In this document: positions 51,600 to 64,000 of the stretch, piece by piece
Position numbering within the stretch: position 1 is the stretch's first letter
Layout: every line of letters starts with the position of its first letter
NCBI RefSeq assembly: GCF_963921235.1
Contig: NC_086108.1
Span: 110,300,001 to 110,364,000, forward strand
Direction: 5' to 3'
Length of the DNA stretch: 64,000 bases
DNA from: Mobula hypostoma
Lineage: Eukaryota
The notes under the pieces: generated by a model
The model's database searches: none
What the model was told of the DNA's origin: nothing
What the model saw: the letters and a program-made list of their open reading frames with translations, nothing else
Made by a program: the position numbers and the translations under genes

Positions 51600-52010
51600 A
51601 TTAGCATTTAAAGCAGCAATGAAGGTCCTCCAACCTTGATGTTGGTGGTGTTCAGGGTTTCCTTCATCATGTCAGTAGCTTCTTCTCAGTTTTCACTGCT
51701 GTCAGCCATATAAGTCCCGGGTAGAGACTCACGTATACCTTCACACTCAGATATAGAGGATTCTTCATTGCTGTTTCCATAACAGCTTTGTTTGACTCAG
51801 CAGGGTTGTTAGCCCTGAGCTGAACCTCTGAACATGGAGGACCGGTGGATCATTCTTAGTCTGGCCTCTACCTTTTGACCTGTTTGGCATGGGTGATCCT
51901 ACCGAGAGGAGAAGCATAAAGCTCTGGCTTCCAGCCAGCATGATTCTCCAGGTCATTGAGGCACACAAGCCTTCAAACCCTATGACAAGGTTGTGGTCCT
52001 CTTGGGAGGT
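51600..52010 (-). mobile_element. RTE-clade (Rex3/Expander/Bov-B-like head) non-autonomous element
   Basis: Minus strand aggaccacaaccttgtc...ggcttgtgtgcctcaatgacc...ggtaggatcacccatgccaaacaggtc resembles RTE 5' UTRs. Confidence 0.55.
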
Positions 52011-52496
52011 TTGACAAAATGTTGCTATGATTTGTCCTAATTACTAAATGCGGGGTGCTGTCTGGAAAGATGTGCACAAATCTCGTTTAATCTTCACAGA
52101 GAGAAGCAATGCTTACAAATACAGAAGTGTCTTTGGTAAACTTTGTGCTTTGGCCTTTTCCACATAATACAGAGAGATGCTGAAAAGGTCATCTTAAGAT
52201 AACATCAGAAGTGCAGCACAACTTCAAAGACCTTTTCCTTCTAAAGTCTAATGTTTTGAGACTGCAGTGAGCACATAGTTTAACTGTATCAAACCACAAG
52301 CTATGAAACTGAGCAATTTTATACCACTTGGTAATGCATACCATTTGATTATTTTATTTTCAAATAAATCTTGCTTTGAGAATAAATAGCATTAAGAATG
52401 TCTGGGTCTCCAAATATTGGAATTCACCTGACAATGTTAGCAGGGCTGCCTACCACACCAGATGTGTCAAAGACTGGCACAAACATGATTGCAAAT

Positions 52497-53251
52497 ATGG
52501 TCAAATATGATCGCAGAATATAGTATTAATGGTAAGACTCTTGGCAGTGTGGAGGATCAGAGGGATCTTGGGGTCCGAGTCCATAGGATGTTCAAAGCAG
52601 CTGCGCAGGTTGACTCTGTGGTTAAGAAGGCATACGATGTATTGGCCTTCATCAATCGTGGAATTGAATTTGGGTTCCTAGAGGTAATGTTGCAGCTATA
52701 TAGGACCCTGATCAGACCCCACTGTGCTCTGTTCTGGTCACCTCACTACAGGAAGGATGTGGAAACCATAGAAAGGGTGCAGAGAAAATTTACAAGGATG
52801 TTGCCTGGATTGGGGAGCATGCCTTAGGAAAACAGGTTGAGTGAACTCGGCCTTTTCTCCTTGGAGCAACAGAGGATGAGCGGTGACCTGATAGAGGTGT
52901 ATAAGATGATGAGAGGCATTGATCATGTGCATAGTCAGAGGCTTTTTCCCAGGGCTGAAGTGGTTGCCACAAGAGGACACAGGTTTAAGGTGCTGGGGAA
53001 TAGGTACAGAGTTGATGTCTGGGGTAAGTTTTTACTCAGAGAGTGGTGAGTATGTGGAATGGGCTGCCGGCAACAGTGGTGGAGGCGGATACAATGTGGT
53101 CTTTTAAGAGACTTTTGAATAGGTACATAGAGCTTAGAAAAATAGAGGGCTATGGGGAAGTCTAGTAATTTCTAAGGTAGGGACATGTTTGCCACAACTT
53201 TGTGGGCCGAAGGGCCTGTATTGTGCTATAGGTCTATGTTTCTATATTTCT
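52497..53251 (+). mobile_element. 5'-truncated CR1 LINE (same family as 11697-17047)
   Basis: Closely matches 15548-17047 without the PLE insertion. Confidence 0.9.
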
Positions 53252-54422
53252 TTCTTTTTTAATCTTTTTATTAATTTTCAAATTCATAAACATAGCAACA
53301 ATACAAATACAAAGAGATTGGGATTACATTATTGGTAATTGACATATGCAAGTAAAAACTACAGATAATATAAGTATATTAGGCCTCCCAAACTCTTAAT
53401 ATAATTAAACATGATAAAAAGAAAAATGAAAAAATATCAAGAAAAAAAACAAAATAAAAAAAAACTAAACTAAACTGAACCAAAAACTGAACTAAACAAA
53501 ACTAAACAAAGCTGGGCTATTATATTACATCGAATACAATCATTAATGTCATTAACTCCGCTCCTCTGTCTGTATATTTTAGGTTAATAAAAAGGATTCA
53601 GGTAAGGTTAAGCTACATCAAAGTGACACCTCTGATTTTTTTCTAAATTTAAACAAGATATAGTTTGGGAAAACCATTGAAATGTAGGGGGATTGATCTC
53701 TTTCCAATTCAATAAAATGGATCTTCTAGCCATTAACGTAACAAATGCAAATATCTGACAAGCTGAAAATGATAAATAACTATGTTCCATCATTGGTAAA
53801 CCAAAAATTGCGGTAATAGGATGAGGTTGTAAATCAGTACGCAAAACTGTTGAAATAATATCAAAGATGTCTGTCCAAAATTTTTTCAAAAGAGGGCAAG
53901 ACCAGAACATATGAGTCAAAGAAGCTACCTCTGAATGACATCTGTCACAAACAGGACATATGAGAGGGAAAACGAGCTAGTTTATGTTTAGACATATGGG
54001 CCCTATGCACTACCTTAAAATTGTATCAACGTATGTTTAGCATATATAGAGGAAAAGTTAACTAATTGAAAAATTTTCTCCCACTTCTCTATAGGTAAGT
54101 GAAGTTGAAGTTTCCTTTCCCATTCATTCTTAATTTTATCAGATATACATGCTGTATTTTCATAATCATGTCATAAATAGTTGCTGTTGTTTCTGATAAG
54201 GATTTAAACCTAAAAATTTTTCCATGATATCAGTTGGATATGAAGTCGGAAAGGTAGGTAGCATAGTATTTTTGAAGTTTCTAATTTGTAAATATCTAAA
54301 AAAAATGGGATCTGGGCAAATTATATTTATTAGACAACTGTTCAAAAGACATGAAACAGTTATCCAAGAATAAATAATGAAAAAATATTATACCCTTCAT
54401 TTTCCATATCAAAAAGGCTTGA
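53252..54422 (-). mobile_element. 5'-truncated L1-clade LINE, 14-bp TSD
   Basis: ORF2 C-terminal ...THMFWSCP...ARRSILLNWK; GTTTCTATATTTCT at 53238-53251 and 54423-54436. Confidence 0.85.
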
Positions 54423-57400
54423 GTTTCTATATTTCTAAACACCTTAAAGGCATAGATTGCGACTGACTAACCTAACCCACTTCCAGACGCCTGCAGCCTA
54501 GAACTGGAAAGCTGAAAGCAAGTTCAAGAATGGAGAACCAGAGTTTTAATTGGTATTTGAGCATTGGCTGTCATCAGAATCAGACCTAATATCACTGGCA
54601 TATTTGTTGTTTCACTGCTGCAGTACATTGCAATTCACATTAATTTTAAAAGCCTATAAATTACAGTAGAAGTTTATATAAAAAAAAGTTGTGCTACAAA
54701 AAGGAGGGAAAATAGTGAGGTAGTACTTATGGATTCATTGTCCATTGAGAAGGCTGATGGCGAAGGGGAAAAAGCTATTCCCGAAATGTCGAGTGTGTCT
54801 TTTGGTGCGTGTACCTCCTCCCTGATGATAGCAATCAGAAGAGGGCATGTTCTGTGACGGGGGATCCTTAATGGTGGATACTGCCTTTTGAGGCATCGCT
54901 TTCTAAAGGTGTCCTCAGTGCTGTGGAGGTGAATGCTTATGATGGAGCTAGTTGAGTTTACAATGTCCTTCAACCTTTTCTGATTCTGTGCAGTTACTGC
55001 TCCATACCAGAAGGTGACGTAACTAGTTAAGATCAGTTGTAGATCTTGTGCTTTGTAACTTGTCAACTGAATGTGCTCTTGGAGGAACGCACACAAAATG
55101 CTAGAGGAACTCAGCATCTATGGAGGGGGGTAAACAGTCAGTAGTTTCAGGCAGAGACCCTACGTTTTCCAGTACCTGCATAATCTCTTGTATTTATGCT
55201 CTCTAGAGAAAAGCCTGCTATTGTAGTAGTCAGTTAAATGCAGCTGGTGACTGATGCACTTGGAGTGTGTGGTTTTACAGTACAAGAATTCAAAATGCAG
55301 AAATGCTGATCCAACACAATTAAACATATGGAAAGAGGTTTGATACTTTAAAAACAAATTGTTAGGAGCTTGTTAGAAGCACAAGAGATTCTGCAGATGC
55401 TGCAAGTCCAGAGCAGCACACACAAAACGCTGGAGAAACTTAGCAGGTCAGGCAGCATCTATGGAGGGGAATAAGCAGTTGACATTTTGGGCAGAGATCC
55501 TTCATCAAGACTGGAAAGGAAGGGGGCAGGAGGCAGAATAAGGTGAGGAGGGGGACAGGAGTACAAGCTGCAGGTTGATAGGTCAAGGAAGGACATGTCT
55601 GTGGTAGCTGGTCTAGATGAGCACATAGTCGAAGAGTCAAAGACCAGCAGAGATAATTTAGAACTTGGAGCCTCACTTTCTCAACAAGTGTCTTTTAAAG
55701 AGAGTTATTTTGAATCAGTTTGTAGAAGTGTAAAGCGAGTTAAATGAATCCAGAGTAGTGCATCTTTCTTTAGCATACAATATTGTGAGGTTGCTGCATT
55801 TTATTGCAGATCAAAGGCAGGAAGACCTTGGCCTCTAATTATAATTGAGGTGTGCTTCTGGGTGGTTATGGAATGTTATCATTGTTTTTAGTAGACTGTT
55901 CTACTGACAGTGGTTTGCAGTGCAAATATATACTTACGTTCTTTCAAAACTGAACAGAGATGAGGAGGAATTTCTTTAGCTAGAGGGTAGTGAATCAGTG
56001 GAATTCATTGCCACAGGTGGCTATGGATATCAAGTCATTGAGTATATGTAAAACAGATTATTGATAGATTCTTGATTAGTCAGGGAATCAAAGGTTATGG
56101 GGAGGTGGCAAGAGAATAGGGTTGAGAGGAATAATAAATCAGCCATGATGGAATGGCGGAGCAGTCTCAATGGGTTGAATGGCCTGATTCTTTTCTTATG
56201 TCTTATGGTCTTAAGGTAATTGGTAAATGTGTTTTCAGTTACATGATGTGGTTGGATATAAGCATGCCACTTAAAAGCGCATTAGGAAGAAGGTATAGGA
56301 CCCTTAGGTCCCACACCACCAAGTTTTGGAACAATTATTATCCCTCAATCATCAGGCTTTTAAACCAGTGCGGATAACTTCACTCACCCCAACACTGAAC
56401 TGATTTCACAGCCTATGGTCTCACTTTCAAGGACTCTGGAAGTTCACAGTGGCTGATTATTTATTTATTTGTTTGTTTTTTGCACAATTTCTTCTCCTTT
56501 GCATATTGGTTGTTTGTCCATCTCTGTTGTGTGCAGATTTGCATTTATTCTACTATGTTTCTTTGTATTTATCATGAATGCCCACAAGAAAATGAATCTG
56601 AAGATAGTATATGGTGACATATATGTACTTTGATGATAAATTTACTTTGAAGTTTGTCAGGAACATTCTAAGTTCCCAAATTGAGAGGATGACAGAACAA
56701 TTGTATTAGCGTGCAAACATGGCCATTTTTCTAAAGAATCTGAATCAGGTTTAATATTACTGGCATATGTCATGAAATTTGTTGTTATCTGGCACCAGTA
56801 CTTTGTAATACGTAATTTAAAAACTGTAAATTACAATAAGTACATACATTTAAAAAATTAAATTAAATAAATAGTGCAAAAAGAGAAAGAAAAAAGTAAT
56901 GTGTTAGTGTTCATGGGTTCAATCTCCATTCAGGAATCTAAATGCCTCTAAAACACCAAAATTTGGAGGTGTGCTGCTAAGGCTAGTTACATGGATGGCA
57001 GGTGTAAGTGAGTGGGGCCCGTACTCTGGGGTTTAGAAGAGTGAGTGGTGTTCTCATTAACACTTACAAAAATCTTGCAAGCTCATCAAGATGGATGCAG
57101 GGAGGACATTCCCCCTTGCTGAAGAATCATAGTCCCAGAAAAGGGGGAAGACCACTTTGAACTGAAGTACGAAATCTCTCCGCAAAATTGGTAAAATGGT
57201 TTATTATTCTCATCTGTACCAAAGTACAGTGAAAATCTTGTCTTGGATACCATTCATACAGATCAAATTATAACAACAATGTGTTGAGGTAGAGTCATAG
57301 AACATTACAGCATAGAAACAGGCCCTTTGGCCCATTTAGTCCATGCTAAACTATTAATTTACCTAGTCTCATTGACCTGCATCCAGACCATACCCCTCCA

Positions 57401-58349
57401 TACCACTCCTATCCCCACACCAATACAAATTTCTCTCAGGTGTTGAAATCAAACCCTTAACCGCCACTTCCGCTGGTAGCTGGTTTCACGCCCTCACAGG
57501 CCTCTGAGTGCAGATTCCCCTTATACATTTCACCTTTGACCTTTAATCCATGACCTCGTTCTAGTCTCACTTAACCTTGGTGAAAAAGCCTGCTTGCATT
57601 TATCCTATCTTGAGTGGGCTCTGTGTGGATATTTTTGGTTATAATTTTATATAGGTAGGACAAGGGAAAACAATAACAGTGCAGAATAATGTGTTCCAGT
57701 TACAGGGGAAGTGAAGGTTGATAGTAAGGTGCAAAATCCTAATGGATGGATTGAGCCAAATTGACTAGGGGACCATTTAATAGTCTTAACAGTGGGATAT
57801 AAGCTGACCTTGAGCCTGATGGTGCATGCTTTCAAGCTTTTGCAATGTCTTTCTAATGGAGGGGTTGCAGAAAAAGAGAGAATGTTCCAGAGATGGGTGG
57901 TGTCTTTATGCTAGCTGCTACTCTGGCAGGCTGTGGAGGATCAAATTTCATTCAACACAGTTCGATTGACGCTTGGATGTGAGAGAAATATGGCTCTAAA
58001 TGTAACTTGTCAACTCGTACACACCCAACAACAGTACCTCAACTGATGAAGGCAGGTATGTCATGCGCTGCCTTTCTCACCCTATCTACTTGTTCACACC
58101 CTATTCCTATGTTCATCATGGCTCTTAAAGGTCCTGACATTTACAGTATACTTATGTTTGAGCCCCCCCCCCCAAAAAGTCAGTACCCCTCACTTGTTTC
58201 AAGGAACCACAAAGTCATGATCTTTCATATTGAGGGTGATATTGTGGTTGTGTTGTCATATGAGGAATATTATAAATGCAGTCTGTCCAAGCAGGAATCC
58301 CACAACAAAACCCCACTACCGTTAGGCGCAACAGAAGGGTAGTGATTAA

Positions 58350-61300
58350 CATATAACATATAACAATTACAGCACGGAAACAGGCCATCTCGGCATTATC
58401 CACAACTCCACCTATATTAGTATCATCTGCATACTTACTAATCCAATTTACCACCCCATCGTCCAGATCATTAATATATATATGACAAACAACATTGGAC
58501 CCAGTACTCATCCCTGAGGCACACCACTAGACACCGTCCTCCAATCTGACAAACAGTTATCCACCACTACTCTCTGGCGTCTCCCATCCAGCCACTGCTG
58601 AATCCACTTTACTACTTAGATATTAATGCCTAACGATTGAACCTTCCTAACTAACCTTCCGTGTGGAACCTTGTCAAAGGCCTTACTGAAGTCCATATAG
58701 ACAACATCCACCGCTTTACCCTCGTCAACTTTCCTAGTAACCTCATCAAAAAATTCAATATTTGTCAAACATGACTTTCCACGCACAAATCCATGTTGTC
58801 TGTTCCTAATCAGACCCTGTCTGTTCAGATAATTATATATACCATCTCTAAGAATACTTTCCATCAATCTTCCCACCACTGACATCAAACTCACAGGCCA
58901 ATAATTGCTAGGTTTACTCTTGGAACCCTTTTTAAACAATGGAACCACATGAGCAATATGCCAATCCCCCGGTACCATCTCTGTTTCTAATGACATTTGA
59001 AATATATCTGTCAGAGCCCCTGCTATTTCCACACTAACTTCCCTCAAGGTCCTAGGGAATATCCAGTCTGGACCCAGAGACTTATCCACTTTTATATTCT
59101 TTAAAAGCGCCAGTACTTCCTCTTCTTTAATCATCATACTTTCCATAACTACCCTTCTTGTTTCCTTTACCTTACACAATTCAATATCCGTCTCCTTAGT
59201 GAATACCGAAGAAAAGACATTGTTCAAAATCTCCCCCATCTCCTTTGGCTCAGCACATTGCCATCCACTGTGATTCTCTAAGGGACCAATTTTATCCTTC
59301 ACTATCCTTTTGCTATTAATATAACTGTAGAAACCCTTGGGATTTATTTTCACCTTACTTGTCAAAGCAGCCTCATATCTTCTTTTAGCTTTTCTAATTT
59401 CTTTCTTAAGATTCTTCTTACTTTCTTTATATTCCACGAGCACCTCATGTACTTCAAGCTGCCTATATTTATTGTAGATCCCTCTCTTTTTCCAAACCAA
59501 ATTTCCAATATCCCTTGAAAACCACGGCTCTCTCAAACTTTTAACCTTTCTTTTCAACCTAACAGGAACATAAAGATTCTGTACCCTCAAAATTTCACCT
59601 TTAATTGACCTCCATTTCTCTATTACATCCTTCCCATAAATCAAATTGTCCCAATCCACTCCTTCTAAATCCTTTCGCATCTCCTCAAAGTTAGCCTTTC
59701 TCCAATCAAAAATCTCAAGCCTGGGTCCAGTCCTATCCTTCTCCATAATTATATTGAAACTAATGGTATTGTGATCACTGGACCCGAAGTGCTCGCCAAC
59801 GCATACCTCCGTCACCTGCCCTATCTCATTCCCTAACAGGAGATCCAACACTGCCCCTTCTCTTGTTGGTACCTCTATGTATTGCTGCAAAAAACTATCT
59901 TGCACACATTTTACAAACTCCATGCCATCCAGCCCTTTTACAGAATGGGCCTCCCAGTCAATGTGTGGAAAATTAAAATCTCCCACAATCACAACCTTGT
60001 GCTTACTACAAATATCTGCTGTCTCCTTAAAAATTTGCTCCTCCAATTCTCGCTCCCCATTATGTGGTCTATAAACACCCCTATAAGCGTCACTACACCT
60101 TTCCCATTCCTCAATTCCACCCAAATAGCCTCCCTAGACGAGTCCACTAATCTATCCTGCCAGAGCACTGCTGTTACATTTTCTCTGACAAGCAATGCAA
60201 CACTTCCCCCTCTTGTCCCTCTGATTCTATCACACCTGAAGCAACGAAATCCAGGAATATTCAATTGCCAATCACACCCCTCCTGCAACCATGTTTCACT
60301 GATAGCTACAACATCATATTTCCAGGTATCAATCCATGCTCTAAGCTCATCCACCTTTCTTACAATGCTCTTAGCATTAAAATAGATGCATTTAAGAAAC
60401 TCTCCACCTCTTACTCTCTGTTTATCCCTAATGGTGCAAACAACTTTGTTATGTTTTTCTTTCTTCTTCCCTACATCTTCGGTCTGAGTGCTCCCGATCT
60501 CTGCCCCCTGCCTATCCTCCCTCACACACTGTCTACTAGCTTTCTCTAATTGTGAACTTACCTCCTCTCTCCTAGTCGCTTCAGTTTGATTCCCACCCCC
60601 AACCATTCTAGTTTAAAGTCTCTTCAGTAGCCTTTGCAAATCTCCCCGCCAGGATATTGGTCCCCCTAGGATTCAAGTGTAACTCGTCCTTTTTGTACAG
60701 GTCACACCTGCGCCAAAAAAGGTCCCAATGATCCAAAAACTTGAATCCCTGCCCCCTGCTCCAATCCCTCAGCTACGCATTTATCCTCCACCTCATTGCA
60801 TTCCTACTCTCACTGTCACATGGCACAGGCAGTAATCCTGAGATTACTACCTTTACGGTCCTTCTTCTCAACTCCCTTCCTAACTCCCTATATTCTCCTT
60901 TCAGGACCTCTTCCCTTTTCCTACCTATGTCGTTGGTACCTATATGTACCACGACCTCTGGCTCCTCTCCCTTCCACTTCAGGATATCTTGGAAGCGATC
61001 AGAAACATCGCGGACCCTGGCACCAGGGAGGCAAACTACCATCCGGGTCTCCTGACTGCATCCACAGAATTACCTATCTGACCCCCTAACTATCGAGTCC
61101 CCTATTACTACTGCCCTCCTCTTCCTTTCCCTACCCTTCTGAGCTACAGGGCCGGACTCTGTGCCGGAGGCACAGCCAGTGTTGCTTCCCCCAGGTAAGC
61201 TGTTAGCTCCAACAGTACTCAAACAGGAGTACTTATTGTCAAGGGGCACAGCCACTGGGGTACTCTCTAGTACCTGGCCCTTCCCCTTCCCCCTCCTAAC

Positions 61301-61925
61301 CATGACCCACTTGTCTGCCTCCCATGGCCCTGGTGTGACCACCTGCCTGTAACTCCTCTCTATCAACTCCTCACTCTCCCTGACCAGACGAAGGCCATCG
61401 AGCTGCAGGTCCAGTTCCCTAACGCGGTCCCTTAGGAGCTGCATCTCGGCGCACCTGGCACAGATGTGGACGTCCGGGAGGCTGGGAGACTCCACTCCCT
61501 CCCACATCTGACACCGAGAACAACAAGCTGCCCTCACACTCATACTTCCCCCTCTCCTCAAATAACAGGAAAAAAATAAAAACCAAACCTACTTCGCCTC
61601 GCCTGTTTCCGCCTAAGCCCGTTGAGCCAAAACCTTTAAGCCTTCACTCTGCAGCCCACAAACGACGCTGCCGGCTGTATAAGACTGTGTTCCTTTTAAA
61701 TCTTCCGCCCTTCACTGCCCGATGTCACACGCCTGCGCAGTCCCGCCTCTCTGAACTCCGAGGTGGAAAAAGAACCGAAAAATTAAAAATGACTTCCGCC
61801 ACACTCCCGCTTCGATTCTCAGACTCACTTCTCCGAATTAAACCCGAATCAGGATTTCTGACCTTTTAAATCTTCCCCGCTTCACTGCCCGATGTCACAT
61901 GCCTGTGCAGTCCCGCCTCTCTGAA
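58350..61925 (-). mobile_element. CR1 LINE with 5' UTR, ORF1, endonuclease and RT, and an internal deletion near the 3' end
   Basis: ORFs 61070-61561, 60773-61042, 59989-60606, 58616-60124; KYADD followed directly by the tail at ~58350-58394. Confidence 0.9.
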
Positions 61926-62589
61926 GTTCAGAGTTCAGTTCCAGTATTCTCTGGAAGAAAGTTTGTACATTCTTCCCATGTACACATGGGTTTCCTCTGG
62001 GTACTTCAGTTTCCTCCCACGGTCCAAAAGAGGAACCAGTTAGTACGTCCTGTGAATAGGGTGGGGTTAAATAGGTGGGTTGTGGGGCAGCACATCTCAA
62101 AGGGCCAGAAGGGTCTGTTGCTGTATCTTTAAATAAATAATTTTTTTTAAAGTTCATGAAACTTAAAATAACATTGATGTTGCTATGGTCACAGTGGTGG
62201 TGCTGGGAATAGGTTTTTCTATTTTTAATTGAGTTCTAATAGTGAATTAGAATATACAGCACATCTGCTAAGTAAGTGCATCTAATGTCTATAGAGTTAA
62301 TTATTGCCTGCTTAACTTTCTCTTTGTTTCTGTTATTGAGTAACCCAGGTAAAATGTGAAAGGCCAGGGCCATAGTACAGAACACTGTGCGGGACCAGAA
62401 ATGAAAAGAGTAGTAGCGAAGACAAGATAAATCAACACTCAGTGGTTAGGTGATGCCAGGATTGCGTTTTAAAAACCTGTAGATTATAGAAGGAAGGGAA
62501 CCCTGCAAGGTAAGAAACTCTTATAGTTTTGAGGTCCTTTGTAAGAGTGAGCCTAGTGCAGGAGATAGTGTGATGAGTCTTGCTTTCAA

Positions 62590-62897
62590 CATGGGCACCA
62601 CTGTAGCGTTGCAGTTAACGCGACACTATTACAACTCGGGACGTCGGAGCTCAAAGTTCATTTCCGACATCATCTGTAAGGAGTCTGTATGTCCTCCTGT
62701 GGAATGTGTGGTTTTTCTCCGGGTATTCCAGTTTCCTCCCATTTTCCAATATGCCACTTAGTTGGTTAATTGGTCATTGTAAATTCTCCTGTGATTAGGC
62801 TAGGGTTAACTCAGTGGTTGCTGGGCAGCGCAGTTCGAAGGGCCTTCTCCACACTGTATCTCAATAAATAAATAAATAAACAAACAAACAAACAAAC
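62590..62897 (+). mobile_element. V-SINE with CR1-type tail ending in (TAAA)n(CAAA)n
   Basis: V-domain then ttggtcattgtaaattctcctgtgattaggctagg...gaagggcc...ctgtatctc. Confidence 0.7.
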
Positions 62898-63230
62898 ACT
62901 ACATCTTCAATACAAGACACAGTGTGGAATTAAACTCTTCATCGTGCTGTATTTTCGCATTCTGTTGTCAATGTGGACCAAACTTTAACTGTTTAGACAA
63001 GACTCATTTCTCTTCTCCACCCCAAATGAAGGGGTAACAATCAAATAAGAACCAATACCTATGAATAGAGAGTATTGATATCGTGGATATTCACTGGTTA
63101 TCCCTGATGAGATTTACATGTTACTTTTTCCATACTTACCCATGAAGTTCCAATAAAATGAATGACGATTGCACAAATTAGCAATGTAATCCATTCACTG
63201 TGAATGTTAATTGATGTTTTTGTGTTGTAG

Positions 63231-63329
63231 GTTGTTAAACTGAAACAAATCGAACACACACTCAATGAGAAGAGAATATTGCAAGCAGTTAATTTCCCAT
63301 TTCTGGTGAAATTGGAGTATTCCTTCAAG
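63231..63329 (+). CDS. PRKACB: PKA catalytic subunit beta, exon 4 ([33 protein letters not shown]); absent from the ORF track
   Basis: tgtgttgtag acceptor, AAG|gtaaat donor, 99 nt, in frame with exon 3; contains the C-helix. Confidence 0.96.
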
Positions 63330-63389
63330 GTAAATAATTCATAACATCAGACTTTGAAAGTGCATTGATCTGACAGTACAGCCTACCAT

Positions 63390-63690
63390 TTAGTGTAGCG
63401 CTTTGCGACACTAACTGTAAGATCGGAGTTCTATTCTTACCTCTAACTGTAAGGAGTTTGTACATTCTCCCCATGGCCGCATAGCTTTCCTCCGGGTGCT
63501 CCAGTTTCCTCCCACATCCCAAAGACATACAGTAAGAGTTGGTGAGTTGTGGGCATGCTATGTTGGTGCCAGAAGTGTGGCAACACTTGCAGGCTGCCCC
63601 CAGCACAATCCTCACTGACTTGATTTGACATTAACAATTCATTTCACTATGCATTTCAATGTACATGTGACAATTAAAACTAATCTTAAT
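63390..63690 (+). mobile_element. V-SINE with Rex-type tail, ~60 nt downstream of exon 4
   Basis: gtaaggagtttgtacattctcccc...ttcctccgggtgctccagtttcctcccaca...gtacatgtgacaattaaaactaatctt. Confidence 0.75.
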
Positions 63691-64000
63691 TTTAATCTTG
63701 TGCCAATTAAAGCTGATTTTGAATCTTAATCATTCCATACCTTTAAAATGGATTATGAACCCTTTGCATGAATCAGCCGCACACTCAGCTTAAGAGAATT
63801 TCTAAAGTTTTATGTATTGAAGAGGACTGAATAGGATTCAAAGTAGACTTTCAACTGTTACTCAAGATTAGAGTCACAGAAGTCATAGTCATAGAAAAGT
63901 GTAGCACAGAAACAGGCCATTCGGCCCATCTACTCTCTCAAACCATTTAAACTCCCTCCTCCCATCAACCTATTCTGGGACCATAGCCCTCCATATGCCT

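Noticed and set aside
58616..60124. Longest ORF in the window (502 aa)
   Set aside because: Frameshifted CR1 ORF2 fragment with a 3' deletion; no sign of domestication
36766..63329. Assignment to PRKACA
   Set aside because: Exon 3 and 4 residues (AGLDDF, TEQYY, LEY) fit C-beta better; phylogeny and synteny would confirm
1..64000. Prokaryotic systems (CRISPR arrays, operons, retrons)
   Set aside because: Spliced vertebrate gene with eukaryotic TEs; no regularly spaced repeat-spacer array; RT motifs belong to LINEs and PLEs

Overview
Eukaryotic, repeat-dense intronic DNA, most likely from a cartilaginous fish (ray/batoid; inferred from HE1-like V-SINEs, shark/ray-type CR1 and Penelope families). 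The window lies inside one + strand gene, the cAMP-dependent protein kinase catalytic subunit beta (PRKACB). Exon 2 (36766-36827), exon 3 (51348-51476) and exon 4 (63231-63329) are unambiguous, with canonical splice sites and the usual vertebrate exon sizes (62/129/99 nt). No first exon was confidently found. A 9-nt frame-preserving microexon candidate at 35319-35327 resembles the neural 'exon c' of mammalian C-beta. Most of the remainder is nested transposable elements: CR1 LINEs, Rex1/Babar tails, L1, RTE-derived elements, V-SINEs, a tRNA-SINE, Tc1 transposons, a solo LTR and many Penelope-like (PLE) pieces. The PLE pieces carry a minimal type I hammerhead ribozyme motif, and several inserted as fold-back structures with target-site duplications. 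Nearly all ORFs in the supplied track are TE remnants or noise. I see no clearly new biological system. The best leads are the candidate microexons, the hammerhead-bearing PLE hairpins and the inverted CR1 pairs flanking exons. Family names come from motif recall, not database searches, and TE boundaries without TSDs are approximate.
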